The notes under the pieces were generated by a model. The model had not been told where the DNA came from, searched no databases, and worked only from the letters and a program-made list of their open reading frames with translations. The translations under genes were made by a program, and so were the position numbers. A stretch of DNA of 64,000 bases from assembly GCF_009931435.1 (NCBI RefSeq), contig NZ_CP043414.1; one strand, written 5' to 3'. Positions 1 through 11,141 of this stretch are shown here, piece after piece. The stretch is from Escherichia coli. GTDB taxonomy: Bacteria; Pseudomonadota; Gammaproteobacteria; Enterobacterales; Enterobacteriaceae. How positions within the stretch are numbered: the first letter of the stretch is position 1; each line of letters starts with the position of its first letter.

Positions 1-1
1 C

Positions 2-433
2 AGTGAAGGCATCATTAGCGAACCGGTCGGACAAATGGAATGGGATTTTGTCGTCAGCCCACTCCACCCACTGGCAGCGAAGCGGCATCCATTAGAAAAC
101 AGTGAATTGCGTCATTATCCAGCGGTTTGTATCCGCGATACCTCCGTTAACTTCCCCCCGATGCAAGCCTGGCTGTTGGAAGGACAAAAACCGATTTTTG
201 TTCCTGACTTCGCTACGGCAATCGCCTTAATAGAACAAAACGTCGGTATTGGTTATATTCCACATCATCTGGCATTGCCGTTATTGAACAGCGGTAAATT
301 GCTTAAAAAGCCAATGCGCGAACATAAACACGCCACCAAGTTATTTCTTGCCGCTCGTTCCGATGGTATGGGCAAAGCCTGTCAGTGGTGCATAGAATAT
401 TTAAGAAATCCGCAATTAATTTTCTGTTCCTGA
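2..433 (+). CDS. LysR-family transcriptional regulator, C-terminal effector-binding part (5' end lies outside window)
   Basis: Frame is open from window start (SEGIISEPVGQ precedes the listed M at 35). Translation has LysR substrate-binding-domain character (GIGYIPHHLALPLL). Identity of the regulator not recognised. Confidence 0.55.
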   Translation, partial: SEGIISEPVGQMEWDFVVSPLHPLAAKRHPLENSELRHYPAVCIRDTSVNFPPMQAWLLEGQKPIFVPDFATAIALIEQNVGIGYIPHHLALPLLNSGKLLKKPMREHKHATKLFLAARSDGMGKACQWCIEYLRNPQLIFCS

Positions 434-526
434 AGATCCACATCATACCTGGCATACATAGCAAAATGGCTTCCGGTGTTGGAAGCCATTATTGTGCTGC
501 AATTTACAATGACTCGTTAATACTCA

Positions 527-2788
527 TCATCCCCGACGCAAATTCTGCGCCGCCTGCACCATGTTCGCCAGTGCCGCGCGGGTTTCTGGCCAGCCGCGCG
601 TTTTCAAACCACAGTCCGGGTTAACCCACAGACGCTCTGCCGGAATGCGTTTTGCCGCTTTCTTCAGCAGGGACTCAATCCATTCCACGCTCGGTACGTT
701 TGGCGAGTGAATGTCATAGACGCCTGGACCAATTTCATTTGGATAATCAAACTCTTCAAACGACTCCAGCAACTCCATGTCGGAACGCGAGGTTTCGATT
801 GTGATGACGTCAGCATCCAGCGCCGCAATCGAATCCATGATGTCGTTGAACTCGCAGTAACACATGTGAGTGTGGATTTGCGTGTCATCTTTCGCTACGG
901 CAGCGTTGATACGGAAAGCCTCCACGCCCCACTGGAGATAGGCATCCCAGTCGCTGCGACGCAGTGGTAAACCTTCGCGCAATGCCGGTTCGTCAATCTG
1001 AATGATGCCAATTCCAGCGGCTTCCAGATCGGCCACTTCATCACGCAGCGCCAGCGCAATTTGTTTGGCGATGGTTTCACGGCTGACATCTTCACGCGGG
1101 AACGACCAGCAGAGAATGGTCACCGGGCCAGTCAGCATCCCTTTCACCGGTTTGTCGGTCAGCGATTGCGCATACTTTGCCCACTCCACGGTAATCGGTG
1201 CCGGGCGGCTAACGTCACCAATGACAATCGGCGGTTTCACGCAGCGGGAACCGTAGCTCTGTACCCAACCGTTTTGTGTAAAGACAAAACCGTCGAGGTG
1301 CTCACCAAAGTATTCCACCATGTCATTACGCTCGGCCTCACCATGCACCAGCACATCCAGACCCAGACGTTCCTGCTCAACAATGGCCTGCTTGATATGT
1401 TCTGCAATGCCCGTACGATAGTTGTTGGCGTCGAGATTACCCTTTTTGAAATCCAGACGCAGGGTACGGATTTCTGTGGTTTGCGGGAAAGAGCCAATCG
1501 TGGTGGTCGGCCACGCGGGCAGTTTAAAACGCGCACGCTGGGCTTCAGCACGCACTTCATAGACATTCGCACGCTGACTGTCCTGGGCGGTGATCGCCGC
1601 CAGACGCTTTTCTACTGCCGGATTATGTACACGAGTAGAGTGACGACGCGCCTGAATCGGTGCACTCCACTCTGCCAGAGCTGCCGTGTCACCACTGTTC
1701 AGCGCATCGCGCAGCAATGCCAGTTCATGGCATTTTTGCAGGGCGAAGGCAAACCAGCTTTTCACTTCTGCATCAAGACGCGTTTCCACGCTCAGGTCGA
1801 TAGGGCTGTGCAGCAATGAGCAGGAAGATGCCACCCACAAATCACGTTTGCCGACAATGTCCTTAATTTGCGCATATTTCTCGGTAAGATCGGCGCGCCA
1901 GACGTTACGACCATTGATAAGACCAGCAGATAGCAGCCAGTCAGAAGGCAGACGCTTGTGCAGTTCAGCAACGTCATCTTTACCATGTACGAGATCGACA
2001 TGCAGACCCTGAACAGGCAGCGCAGTAATGGTGTCGAGGTTTGGCGTTACGCCTTCAAAATAGGTAGTCAGCAGCAGTTTCACCTGGCCCTGGAGCGCGT
2101 CGTAAGCGGGTTTATAGGCGTCCAGCCACGCCTGCGGCAGTTCCAGCACCAGCGCGGGTTCGTCGATCTGTACCCACTCAATGCCACGTTTTGCCAGTTC
2201 TGCCAACACTTGCTGATAAACCGGCAGAATGTCGCTCAGCAGGCTCAGGCGATCAAACTGTTCACCTTTCACTTTACCCAGCCACAGGTAGGTAACCGGT
2301 CCCAGCAGCACGGGCTTGACCTTGTGGCCCAGCGCCAGCGCCTCGTCCACTTCCTCCAGCAGCTGCGTCCAGGTCAGTTTGAACTGTTGGCCTTTAACGA
2401 ACTCCGGCACCATGTAGTGATAGTTGGTGTTAAACCATTTGGTCATTTCCGCTGCCGCCGCAGGTTCGCCAGTCGGTGCACGTCCACGACCAATACGGAA
2501 CAGAGTGTCGATATCTACCGAACCATCTTTGTTCTGGTGACGCGCCGGAACGTTACCCAGCAGCAGACTGGTGGTCAGTACATGATCGTACCAGGCAAAA
2601 TCGCCCACCGGCAGCAGGTCGATACCCGCTTGCTTTTGTTGATCCCAGTGACGAGCACGCAGTTCACGCCCTACCGCCAGCAGTTCTTCACGCGTGGAGT
2701 TCCCCGCCCAATAACTCTCTTGCGCTTTTTTCAGCTCGCGACGCAGGCCAACGCGAGGGAAACCGAGGGTGTGATTCAATATTGTCAT
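527..2788 (-). CDS. metE: cobalamin-independent methionine synthase
   Basis: 753 aa ORF, N-terminus [23 protein letters not shown] matches MetE; ATG at 2788, TGA stop at 527. Confidence 0.97.
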   Translation of the reverse strand: MTILNHTLGFPRVGLRRELKKAQESYWAGNSTREELLAVGRELRARHWDQQKQAGIDLLPVGDFAWYDHVLTTSLLLGNVPARHQNKDGSVDIDTLFRIGRGRAPTGEPAAAAEMTKWFNTNYHYMVPEFVKGQQFKLTWTQLLEEVDEALALGHKVKPVLLGPVTYLWLGKVKGEQFDRLSLLSDILPVYQQVLAELAKRGIEWVQIDEPALVLELPQAWLDAYKPAYDALQGQVKLLLTTYFEGVTPNLDTITALPVQGLHVDLVHGKDDVAELHKRLPSDWLLSAGLINGRNVWRADLTEKYAQIKDIVGKRDLWVASSCSLLHSPIDLSVETRLDAEVKSWFAFALQKCHELALLRDALNSGDTAALAEWSAPIQARRHSTRVHNPAVEKRLAAITAQDSQRANVYEVRAEAQRARFKLPAWPTTTIGSFPQTTEIRTLRLDFKKGNLDANNYRTGIAEHIKQAIVEQERLGLDVLVHGEAERNDMVEYFGEHLDGFVFTQNGWVQSYGSRCVKPPIVIGDVSRPAPITVEWAKYAQSLTDKPVKGMLTGPVTILCWSFPREDVSRETIAKQIALALRDEVADLEAAGIGIIQIDEPALREGLPLRRSDWDAYLQWGVEAFRINAAVAKDDTQIHTHMCYCEFNDIMDSIAALDADVITIETSRSDMELLESFEEFDYPNEIGPGVYDIHSPNVPSVEWIESLLKKAAKRIPAERLWVNPDCGLKTRGWPETRAALANMVQAAQNLRRG

Positions 2789-3023
2789 TTTTCTTCCTCT
2801 AATTATATGTAAATCCTATGGATTTTGAATTTAGGGAAGGCGGCAAGTTTATTCATCCCCGGGAGCTTACTGAAGTAAGTGACCGGGGTGAAGAAACGCA
2901 GCCAACGCACCATAAATTTAAAAGACGAAGGATTTTAGCCGTCCAGATGTTTACACATCCATAATTGGCGGTTACTGTATATTCCTCAAGCGCAAATTAT
3001 TCATGCCGAAGTGAAGGACTTTC
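2789..3023. promoter_or_regulatory. metE-metR divergent control region (MetR and MetJ operator sites expected here)
   Basis: 235 bp between divergent metE and metR starts; contains ccgtccagatgtttacacatcc, resembling tandem met-box-like octamers. Site assignment is from known biology, not exact consensus matching. Confidence 0.5.
2830..2915. repeat. ERIC / IRU intergenic repeat element
   Basis: gggaaggcggcaag ... gggagcttactgaagtaagtgaccggggtgaag ... cgcagccaacgca matches the remembered ERIC core (AAGTAAGTGACTGGGGTGAGCG region and central palindrome). A second copy is near 54125-54192. Confidence 0.6.
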
Positions 3024-3977
3024 ATGATCGAAGTAAAACACCTGAAAACGCTACAAGCGTTGCGGAACTGCGGCTCACTCGCAGCCGCTGCGGCGACGTT
3101 GCATCAAACGCAATCCGCCCTGTCTCACCAGTTTAGCGATCTGGAACAACGCCTTGGCTTCCGGCTATTTGTGCGTAAAAGCCAGCCGCTTCGGTTTACA
3201 CCGCAGGGAGAAATCCTGTTGCAACTGGCGAATCAGGTGCTGCCGCAAATCAGCCAGGCACTGCAAGCCTGCAATGAACCGCAGCAGACGCGCCTGCGCA
3301 TTGCCATTGAGTGCCATAGCTGTATTCAGTGGCTGACGCCCGCGTTAGAAAATTTCCATAAGAACTGGCCGCAGGTGGAGATGGATTTTAAATCGGGCGT
3401 GACGTTTGACCCGCAGCCCGCGTTGCAGCAGGGTGAGCTGGATCTGGTGATGACCTCCGATATTCTGCCACGCAGTGGCCTGCATTATTCGCCGATGTTC
3501 GATTATGAAGTGCGTCTGGTGTTGGCACCTGACCATCCACTGGCGACAAAAACGCGAATCACGCCGGAAGATCTCGCCAGCGAGACGCTGTTAATTTATC
3601 CGGTGCAGCGTAGCCGACTGGATGTCTGGCGGCATTTTCTTCAGCCCGCAGGCGTTAGCCCGTCACTGAAAAGCGTCGATAACACCTTGTTGTTGATTCA
3701 GATGGTTGCCGCACGGATGGGCATCGCTGCGCTACCGCACTGGGTGGTGGAGAGTTTTGAACGCCAGGGTCTGGTGGTCACCAAAACCCTGGGCGAAGGC
3801 TTGTGGAGCCGACTGTACGCCGCCGTGCGCGATGGCGAGCAGCGTCAGCCGATTACAGAAGCGTTTATTCGCTCAGCGCGCAATCACGCCTGCGATCATC
3901 TGCCGTTTGTGAAGAGCGCGGAGCGACCCACTTACGATGCACCCACAGTGAGGCCAGGATCACCAGCGCGCCTGTAA
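3024..3977 (+). CDS. metR: LysR-family regulator of methionine biosynthesis
   Basis: 317 aa, N-terminus [36 protein letters not shown] (HTH of MetR); ATG at 3024. Confidence 0.95.
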   Translation: MIEVKHLKTLQALRNCGSLAAAAATLHQTQSALSHQFSDLEQRLGFRLFVRKSQPLRFTPQGEILLQLANQVLPQISQALQACNEPQQTRLRIAIECHSCIQWLTPALENFHKNWPQVEMDFKSGVTFDPQPALQQGELDLVMTSDILPRSGLHYSPMFDYEVRLVLAPDHPLATKTRITPEDLASETLLIYPVQRSRLDVWRHFLQPAGVSPSLKSVDNTLLLIQMVAARMGIAALPHWVVESFERQGLVVTKTLGEGLWSRLYAAVRDGEQRQPITEAFIRSARNHACDHLPFVKSAERPTYDAPTVRPGSPARL

Positions 3978-4764
3978 TAAACGTTGGCCAGTGCGGCTGT
4001 TGGTGCCAGATAGCCAGGTTAACCAACAGCCCTGCCGGAACGTGCATATTATTCATAATGCCCAGCGTTCCGGCGTCCACCTGAGTCGCGCCGTAGTTCC
4101 ACATAAAGTAGCCAATCCCGGAGGCCACCACGCCAAGAAACACCAGAATGCCCCATTGCAGCGTGGTTTGCGGCATTTTCTGCGCATTTCCCAGCAAAAA
4201 CCATGCAATCACTGCCACCAGAAACGCGCCAAGATAGAACCACGCAAAGGCGTTATGCTGTGGCATCGGACGAGTTTCCATCAGGCGTTTGTAACCCACC
4301 ATGCCGATAGCAAAAGTGATATTGGAGAGTTGCACCAGCAGCAGGCCAGTCCAGAAGTGGTCGGTGACCTGATCATAGCGAATAATTCCGGCACCAATCA
4401 CCGCCAACAAGGCGCTAAAAGCATAGCCCCAGCGCAGACGGCGCTTACTCATGATGTCATAAATCAGCGTGATGTAGAGCGGCGTCAGTACGGTGAACAG
4501 CAACAGCTCGGAGACCGTCAGGTAGAGATAGGCGCGAAAACTCAGCATATACATCACGCCAAGCTGCATCGCGCCCACCAGCATATACAGACCGACCGTT
4601 TTCAGGCTATTGCCACGGGTACGCAGAAACGGCAGAAACACGAGTGCCGCCAGGCCAACGCGCACCAGCACTGCAAAATAGCTATCGACGTGCCCCGCAA
4701 GGTACTCGCCATAAAAGCTAAAGGAGAAGGCCCACAGAATCGTGGTGATGATAAGTAGCGCCAC
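3865..4764 (-). CDS. yigM: EamA/DMT-family inner membrane transporter (biotin transporter YigM/BioP)
   Basis: Highly hydrophobic ORF. Start trimmed to GTG at 4764 giving 299 aa beginning [15 protein letters not shown], which fits the remembered K-12 length. The 3' end overlaps the metR 3' end convergently. Confidence 0.85.
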   Translation of the reverse strand: MALLIITTILWAFSFSFYGEYLAGHVDSYFAVLVRVGLAALVFLPFLRTRGNSLKTVGLYMLVGAMQLGVMYMLSFRAYLYLTVSELLLFTVLTPLYITLIYDIMSKRRLRWGYAFSALLAVIGAGIIRYDQVTDHFWTGLLLVQLSNITFAIGMVGYKRLMETRPMPQHNAFAWFYLGAFLVAVIAWFLLGNAQKMPQTTLQWGILVFLGVVASGIGYFMWNYGATQVDAGTLGIMNNMHVPAGLLVNLAIWHQQPHWPTFITGALVILASLWVHRKWVAPRSSQTADDRRRDCALSE

Positions 4765-4839
4765 AATGGAAAACTCTTTGATTAACGAGTATCCATTGTA
4801 GCGAAGTATCAGGTTGACAACTGGCCAAATAAAGAACAA

Positions 4840-5640
4840 TTACGATAAATAGAGTTTACGCAGATAATGCGGCACCGCATCGTCGGCATTAGTACCAATC
4901 ACTTCCAGCTCCGGATGCAGATCTTTCAGACGCTGGTGCGCACTGCCCATAATGCAGCCTTTACCTGCCATCGACAGCATTTCGGCGTCGTTCATCCCGT
5001 CACCAAAGGCAATACAATCTTTCAGACTGTAGCCCAGTTTCTTCGCCACCGCTTCCAGGGCATGGCCTTTTGAAACGCCGCCCGCCATCACTTCCAGACA
5101 AGTTAGGGTAGAGAAGCTGACGTTGACGCGATCGCCCCAACGAGCGTTGATTGCCTGTTCCAGCGGCAGCAGTTGTTCATGAGAATCACAGGTGAAGAAC
5201 ACTTTGCTGACGCCTTCCGGATCCAGTAATCCTGGCTCATACAGCGCATATTTGAACACCGCTTCTTTAAAAAAGCGCATCTCTTCCGGGCGGTGGCGAT
5301 TCATAAACCATTCGTCGTCGCGATAAACGTTAGTAATGATGTCCGGGTTGTCGTTGACCACGCCAAACAGATCGCTGGCAATGTCGCGATCCAGGTTATG
5401 AGCAAAAATCAGATTGCCATCCAGATCATGAACGCGCGCGCCATTGGAGGTAATCATGTAAGACTTAATCTCCAGATTATCGCGAATTTGCCCCACATCA
5501 ACGTGGTGGCGACCGGTCGCAAACACAAAGTTAATGCCGCGCGCGGTGAGGAGCTTCAGAGTTTCTTTGGCGTAAGGGGATAACGTATGGTCGGGAGAAA
5601 GTAACGTGCCATCTAAATCAGACGCAACAACCTGGTACAT
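4840..5640 (-). CDS. yigL: HAD-family sugar/pyridoxal phosphate phosphatase
   Basis: Start trimmed to ATG at 5640 (MYQVVASDLDGTLL, HAD motif DxDGT); 266 aa. The longer ORF upstream would run into pldB. Confidence 0.9.
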   Translation of the reverse strand: MYQVVASDLDGTLLSPDHTLSPYAKETLKLLTARGINFVFATGRHHVDVGQIRDNLEIKSYMITSNGARVHDLDGNLIFAHNLDRDIASDLFGVVNDNPDIITNVYRDDEWFMNRHRPEEMRFFKEAVFKYALYEPGLLDPEGVSKVFFTCDSHEQLLPLEQAINARWGDRVNVSFSTLTCLEVMAGGVSKGHALEAVAKKLGYSLKDCIAFGDGMNDAEMLSMAGKGCIMGSAHQRLKDLHPELEVIGTNADDAVPHYLRKLYLS

Positions 5641-5647
5641 AAGAAAT

Positions 5648-6670
5648 TTAAACCTCTGTAGAGCGGTTTCCGCTGGGTGAGTTATGCCTGTTGAAAAAAT
5701 CAACAATGGCGTGGAGCGCGACTGAGCGCATTGCGTCCTTTTCAAAAAGGATCTCATGGTACGCACCTTTAATTACCAGCGGTCGTCCCCCTTCGACAGG
5801 ATGGCCCGCAGCGGTGCGGAGTTCACAAAAACGGTCGTGCATGCGGTTATCCACCACGCGTTCCTCTTCAGCCTGCAAGAGAAGCGTTGGCGTGGCGTCA
5901 TCACCCGCACCGGCTAACACCTGTTCGCCAGCCAGAATACTTTCGCGTACCCAATGGTAGGTCGGCCCACCGACGCGAATCGTTGGGTCATCAGCATAGA
6001 AGCGTAAGTTACGTCGATATCGCTGTCTGCTGTGGGTCAGTACGTTGATAGCAAACGGCAACGCGCGCCAGCGCCCGGTGCCTATTGCATAGCCATCACG
6101 GAAACGTGGATGTGCTTCGGCCCAGTTAAGGAGCTGCCGCGCCATAAATGACGGCATACGAATCACGATCCCAAACATTGGCGCAGTTAGCGCAATGGCG
6201 TCACATACACCTGGATGGCGTTGCAGAAATAACGTGGAGATCGCACCGCCCATCGAATGTGCCAGTATATAGCGCTTACGCCACGGACCGGGCTGGACCT
6301 CCTGTTGCCAGAATGCCGCCAGATCATCAACATAATCATTAAAGCGATTAACATGCCCAAGATGCGGATCGGCTAACAGGCGACCGGAACGTCCCTGCCC
6401 GCGATGGTCGATGATTAAGACATCAAACCCCAAATGGAACAGGTCGTAGGCCAGTTCCGCATATTTTACGTAGCTCTCAATACGCCCCGGGCAGATGACT
6501 ATCACCCGGTCATGGTGCTGTGCGCGAAAACGGACAAAGCGCACCGGAATGTCATCTACACCAGTAAACTCTGCTTCATCACGCTGACGCCAGAAATCAG
6601 TCAGCGGTCCCATGGTAAAAGCAGCAAACGCGTTTTCTCTTGTTTCCCAGTCTTTTTGCTGCTGAAACAT
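5648..6670 (-). CDS. pldB: lysophospholipase L2
   Basis: 340 aa alpha/beta hydrolase with HSMGG nucleophile elbow; conserved position upstream of yigL. Confidence 0.93.
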   Translation of the reverse strand: MFQQQKDWETRENAFAAFTMGPLTDFWRQRDEAEFTGVDDIPVRFVRFRAQHHDRVIVICPGRIESYVKYAELAYDLFHLGFDVLIIDHRGQGRSGRLLADPHLGHVNRFNDYVDDLAAFWQQEVQPGPWRKRYILAHSMGGAISTLFLQRHPGVCDAIALTAPMFGIVIRMPSFMARQLLNWAEAHPRFRDGYAIGTGRWRALPFAINVLTHSRQRYRRNLRFYADDPTIRVGGPTYHWVRESILAGEQVLAGAGDDATPTLLLQAEEERVVDNRMHDRFCELRTAAGHPVEGGRPLVIKGAYHEILFEKDAMRSVALHAIVDFFNRHNSPSGNRSTEV

Positions 6671-6780
6671 CGGGTAATCTGCCTCTTAAACCACGTAAAA
6701 TCGTTTTTTTAAGCGTGTCTGACACAACGCTGCGACAGTAGCGTATTGTGGCACAAAAATAGACACACCGGGAGTTCATC

Positions 6781-7401
6781 ATGACCTTAGAATGGTGGTT
6801 TGCCTACCTGCTAACATCAATCATTTTAAGCCTGTCGCCAGGCTCTGGTGCAATCAACACCATGACCACCTCGCTCAACCACGGTTATCGTGGTGCGATG
6901 GCGTCTATTGCTGGGCTTCAGACCGGACTGGCGATTCATATTGTGCTGGTTGGTGTGGGGTTGGGTACGCTATTTTCCCGCTCAGTGATTGCGTTTGAAG
7001 TGTTGAAGTGGGCAGGAGCAGCTTATTTGATTTGGCTGGGTATCCAGCAGTGGCGTGCTGCTGGCGCAATTGATCTTAAATCGCTGGCCTCAACCCAATC
7101 GCGCCGACATTTGTTCCAACGCGCAGTGTTTGTGAATCTCACCAATCCCAAAAGTATTGTGTTTCTGGCAGCACTTTTTCCACAATTCATCATGCCGCAA
7201 CAGCCGCAAGTTATGCAGTATGTAGTGCTCGGCGTCACCACCATTGTGGTCGATATTATTGTGATGATCGGTTACGCCACCCTCGCCCAACGGATCGCGT
7301 TATGGATAAAAGGGCCGAAACAGATGAAGGCATTGAATAAGATTTTCGGCTCGTTGTTTATGCTGGTGGGAGCGCTGTTAGCATCGGCGAGACATGCGTG
7401 A
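6781..7401 (+). CDS. rhtB: LysE/RhtB-family homoserine/homoserine lactone exporter
   Basis: 206 aa membrane protein, N-terminus [28 protein letters not shown]. Confidence 0.93.
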   Translation: MTLEWWFAYLLTSIILSLSPGSGAINTMTTSLNHGYRGAMASIAGLQTGLAIHIVLVGVGLGTLFSRSVIAFEVLKWAGAAYLIWLGIQQWRAAGAIDLKSLASTQSRRHLFQRAVFVNLTNPKSIVFLAALFPQFIMPQQPQVMQYVVLGVTTIVVDIIVMIGYATLAQRIALWIKGPKQMKALNKIFGSLFMLVGALLASARHA

Positions 7402-7408
7402 AAAATAA

Positions 7409-7440
7409 TGTCGGATGCGGCGTAAACGCCTTATCCGACT
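7409..7440. repeat. REP (repetitive extragenic palindrome) unit
   Basis: tgtcggatgcggcgtaaacgccttatccgact between the convergent rhtB and rhtC genes. Confidence 0.6.
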
Positions 7441-7462
7441 TACTCTGATGACGCGTCTGGCA

Positions 7463-8083
7463 TCAACGCGAAATAATCAAATGAATACCAAATCCGGCAA
7501 ATAACGCCCCGGCAAAACCATCAATCCACTTCGCCAGACGTTGATAACCACGGCGCATTTGCGGCAGGGCAAACAGGCTGGCAACGACGGTAAACCACGC
7601 CAGTGTTTCGATAATAATCAACGCGAAAATGCCCCAGCGCTCAGTAGTGCCGACGTTATCGCCGACAAACAGCGAGAATACCGAACCAAAGTAGATAATC
7701 GCTTTCGGATTGGCGAGATTGGTCAGTAAGCCTTTCAGGAAACTGCGCCCGCTTTTTGCCAGTTCTACCTGTGGCGCAGGCGCAGAAACGACCTCTTTTT
7801 TCAGTGCGCTACGCAGCATCTGATAACCCATCCAGCAGAGATACAGGCCACCGCCCACCATAATCAGCGTATGCAGCCAGGCCATTTTTTCGATAATCAA
7901 ATGCAGGCCAAGCAACGCGATCCCTGCCCAGACCATTACGCCGCAGGTAATGCCCAGCACGCCCATCATCGCTTCTTTGCGCGAACGGCTAACGGCAGTC
8001 TGGGAGACAAAAAAGAAATCGGGACCGGGGCTCATAAGCGCCACAATGTGCACCATGGCGACGGTGAGGAATAACATCAACAT
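7463..8083 (-). CDS. rhtC: LysE/RhtB-family threonine exporter
   Basis: 206 aa paralog of RhtB, N-terminus MLMLFLTVAMVHIVALMSPGPDFFFV. Confidence 0.93.
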   Translation of the reverse strand: MLMLFLTVAMVHIVALMSPGPDFFFVSQTAVSRSRKEAMMGVLGITCGVMVWAGIALLGLHLIIEKMAWLHTLIMVGGGLYLCWMGYQMLRSALKKEVVSAPAPQVELAKSGRSFLKGLLTNLANPKAIIYFGSVFSLFVGDNVGTTERWGIFALIIIETLAWFTVVASLFALPQMRRGYQRLAKWIDGFAGALFAGFGIHLIISR

Positions 8084-8146
8084 ACAATTGACTCGCGGGG
8101 AAATCGTTTACGGAGTCTTCATCCTGGCACTTTTTTATGCTGCTGA

Positions 8147-9976
8147 CTACTCTTCGTCATCGCCATCGACATGCGCACGAATCAGCGCCATAAACGGTTT
8201 GCCAAAGCGTTCCAGCTTGCGCATCCCAACGCCGTTAACGCTGAGCATTTCGCTGGCGGTGATTGGCATCTGTTCCGCCATCTCAATCAAGGTCGCGTCG
8301 TTAAACACCACGTACGGCGGGACATTGCTTTCATCGGCAATCGATTTACGCAGTTTGCGTAATTTGGCGAACAGTTTGCGATCGTAATTGCCACCGAACG
8401 ATTTCTGCATCGCTTTCGGTTTGAGCGCCACAATACGCGGCACGGCAAGTTGTAAAGAGGATTCGCCGCGCAACACCGGGCGTGCGGCTTCTGTCAGTTG
8501 TAATGCCGAATGCTGGGCGATGTTTTGCGTCACCAGACCGAGATGAATCAACTGGCGGATTACGCTCACCCAGTGCTCATGACTTTTATCGCGGCCCATG
8601 CCGTAGACTTTCAGTTTGTCATGACCATAGTCGCGGATTCGCTGGTTATTCGCACCGCGAATCACTTCCACTACATAGCCCATACCAAAACGCTGATTCA
8701 CACGACCAATGGTGGAAAGCGCAATCTGCGCATCGGTTGAACCATCGTACTGTTTTGGCGGATCGAGACAGATATCGCAGTTCCCGCACGGCTCCTGCCG
8801 CCCTTCGCCAAAGTAATTCAGCAGCACCAGACGACGACAGGTTTGCGCCTCAGCAAACGCGCCCATCGCATTGAGTTTATGACGTTCGATATCCTGCAAC
8901 TGCCCCTGCGGTTTTTCTTCCAGGCAACGGCGCAGCCACGCCATATCGGCCGGATCGTAAAACAGCATCGCTTCCGCGGGCAGGCCATCACGCCCGGCGC
9001 GACCGGTTTCCTGATAATAGGATTCGATATTGCGTGGAATATCAAAGTGAACCACGAAGCGGACGTTAGGCTTGTTGATGCCCATGCCGAACGCTACCGT
9101 CGCCACCACAATTTGCAGGTCATCGCGCTGGAATTTTTCCTGCACGTCCGCACGGACATCGTTTTCAAGCCCGGCGTGATAAGCCGCTGCGCTGATACCC
9201 TTGCTTTGCAGACGCGCGGCGGTGTCTTCTACTTTCGCACGACTATTACAGTAAATAATCCCCGACTTACCGCGTTGTTCCTGCACGTAGCGCATCAGCT
9301 GATCGAGAGGTTTGAACTTCTCCATCAGCATGTAGCGAATATTCGGACGGTCAAAACTGCTGATTTGAATCAGCGGATCGTTCAGCCCCAGCAGGCGCAC
9401 GATATCCTGCCGCGTGGTGTCGTCGGCGGTGGCAGTCAGCGCCATAAACGGCAGCGTCGGAAAACGCTGACGCAGCTGACCGAGGGCAGCGTATTCCGGG
9501 CGGAAATCGTGGCCCCATTGGGAGATACAGTGCGCTTCATCAACGGCTAATAACACCGGATTCCAGTGCGCCAGATGCTCAAGGAAGTTATCCAGCATCA
9601 GGCGTTCCGGCGCGATATACAGCAGGCGGATTTGCCCGGTGCGGCAGCCTGTCATTACTTCAAGCTGCTGCTCGCGGGTTTGCGTCGAGTTAAGGCACGC
9701 CGCCGCCACGCCGTTGGCCTGTAGCTGATCCACCTGATCTTTCATCAACGAAATCAGTGGTGAAACAACCACGGTAAGACCGTTTAGCAGTAAGGCAGGA
9801 ATTTGATAGCAAAGGGATTTTCCGCCACCAGTGGGCATGACGACCAGGCAATCGCGACCGGAAAGTACGGTGTCGATAATCTCTTCCTGGCCGGGGCGAA
9901 ACTGTTGGTAGCCAAAGGTTTCTTGTAAAACCTGTTTAGCCCCGGACTCCAGATTCAACACTTCCGCCTGCGCCAC
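8147..9976 (-). CDS. recQ: ATP-dependent DNA helicase RecQ
   Basis: 609 aa; Walker [13 protein letters not shown] box ([15 protein letters not shown]), zinc-binding Cys cluster, HRDC C-terminus. Confidence 0.96.
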   Translation of the reverse strand: MAQAEVLNLESGAKQVLQETFGYQQFRPGQEEIIDTVLSGRDCLVVMPTGGGKSLCYQIPALLLNGLTVVVSPLISLMKDQVDQLQANGVAAACLNSTQTREQQLEVMTGCRTGQIRLLYIAPERLMLDNFLEHLAHWNPVLLAVDEAHCISQWGHDFRPEYAALGQLRQRFPTLPFMALTATADDTTRQDIVRLLGLNDPLIQISSFDRPNIRYMLMEKFKPLDQLMRYVQEQRGKSGIIYCNSRAKVEDTAARLQSKGISAAAYHAGLENDVRADVQEKFQRDDLQIVVATVAFGMGINKPNVRFVVHFDIPRNIESYYQETGRAGRDGLPAEAMLFYDPADMAWLRRCLEEKPQGQLQDIERHKLNAMGAFAEAQTCRRLVLLNYFGEGRQEPCGNCDICLDPPKQYDGSTDAQIALSTIGRVNQRFGMGYVVEVIRGANNQRIRDYGHDKLKVYGMGRDKSHEHWVSVIRQLIHLGLVTQNIAQHSALQLTEAARPVLRGESSLQLAVPRIVALKPKAMQKSFGGNYDRKLFAKLRKLRKSIADESNVPPYVVFNDATLIEMAEQMPITASEMLSVNGVGMRKLERFGKPFMALIRAHVDGDDEE

Positions 9977-9995
9977 ATTAACCCCGATTGCCTGA

Positions 9996-10026
9996 AATAA
10001 AAACAGGCGCTATTTTCAGCGCCTGC
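9996..10026 (-). terminator. rho-independent terminator downstream of pldA
   Basis: Inverted repeat caggcgct/agcgcctg with 6-nt loop; on the minus strand the stem is followed by a T-run (A-run aaataaaaa on plus strand). Confidence 0.55.
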
Positions 10027-10107
10027 GCGAGAAACTGCAATGCTTTTAGTCTCTGAGAGGGTAATCCTGGATGCTGGATTCCAGTTTTGCCTTTCAATCA
10101 ACTCACA

Positions 10108-10977
10108 TTAGAACAAGTCGTTCAGCATAACCCCCACACCCACACGGGTCTGGTTAAAGTTATAGTCGATGAGCGATTCGCCATAACCGCTGTAAACCTG
10201 GGTATAAAGGCGCACATGCCTGGTGATCGGGTAACTTAAGCCTAACTCCGCACCACCGTAACCGGTGTTCCAGTTGTACTGTCCTTTCGCACTCAGCACC
10301 GCATCACCCAGGTGATAGCCGATTTTAAGCTGGTAGTAACCCATATATTTGGTGATATCTGGGTTATCGTCAGTATTCCCCACCACATACCACGGCTTCA
10401 CCTCTACCAGCCAGTTACCGTTTTCTGCCATCAGACGGGTATAAAGGCGGTTCCAGCTGCGGGAAGTCGGGTCTGAACGCCCGTTAGAGTCGTGGTTATA
10501 ACCCATCTCCACATCGCGCAGCGTCCAGCCAGCAAAGCGGTAATCTGTGGCAAAACCAAGGAACAATTGCGGTTCGTAGTTGGTTTCACGAAACGGTGAA
10601 GACTCTTCGCTATTGGACAGTTGCCACCAGGATTTTTGCGTGTAAGAAGCCCCCAACACCGAATTTGGCCCCAAGATTCCGCGCCACAGCGGAAATGCCA
10701 GGCTCAACTGGAATTTCACTTCATCCTTACGCGCGTTTTCCGCCCAGTCATAACTGGCAATCGCTTCTTTATTCAGATCGCTGGTTTGGGTGTAGATGAG
10801 GTAGTTGGTGTCATAAGGATAGAGCGTGAAAGGATTGTCATGCTCCTGCAGCATATTCGCAATAATACTGCCACGCACCGCAGGCGCGTCATGCACCTCT
10901 TTTACCGTTGCCTCTTGCGCATACACTGCCATTGGCAACATAAACACCGGCAACAACCAGCCCTGCAGAGTCCGCAT
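10108..10977 (-). CDS. pldA: outer membrane phospholipase A
   Basis: 289 aa, signal peptide MRTLQGWLLPVFMLPMAVYA then beta-barrel-like sequence typical of OMPLA. Confidence 0.95.
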   Translation of the reverse strand: MRTLQGWLLPVFMLPMAVYAQEATVKEVHDAPAVRGSIIANMLQEHDNPFTLYPYDTNYLIYTQTSDLNKEAIASYDWAENARKDEVKFQLSLAFPLWRGILGPNSVLGASYTQKSWWQLSNSEESSPFRETNYEPQLFLGFATDYRFAGWTLRDVEMGYNHDSNGRSDPTSRSWNRLYTRLMAENGNWLVEVKPWYVVGNTDDNPDITKYMGYYQLKIGYHLGDAVLSAKGQYNWNTGYGGAELGLSYPITRHVRLYTQVYSGYGESLIDYNFNQTRVGVGVMLNDLF

Positions 10978-11141
10978 CGGTCGTGTTCTCCGTAACGAAT
11001 TATTGATTAGATGAATATTTTTCTGCGGGCTATTTTACATACTTAACTCCTTTGCCGTTAGTTATCCCTTCCTAAAGTAGAAACCAACAAAAAAGAAGCA
11101 TAAAATCAACATTTCATTAACTAATGAAGTGTAAGGATGAT

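Noticed and set aside
1061-2812. Long antisense ORFs (252 and 284 aa, plus strand) inside metE
   Set aside because: They lie entirely opposite a highly conserved gene, have no SD or recognisable protein features, and are expected by chance in GC-rich antisense frames. Other long antisense ORFs (3991-4758, 17996-18979, 25319-25870, 32927-33679, 45960-46700, 53245-53793, 56094-56642) were dismissed for the same reason.
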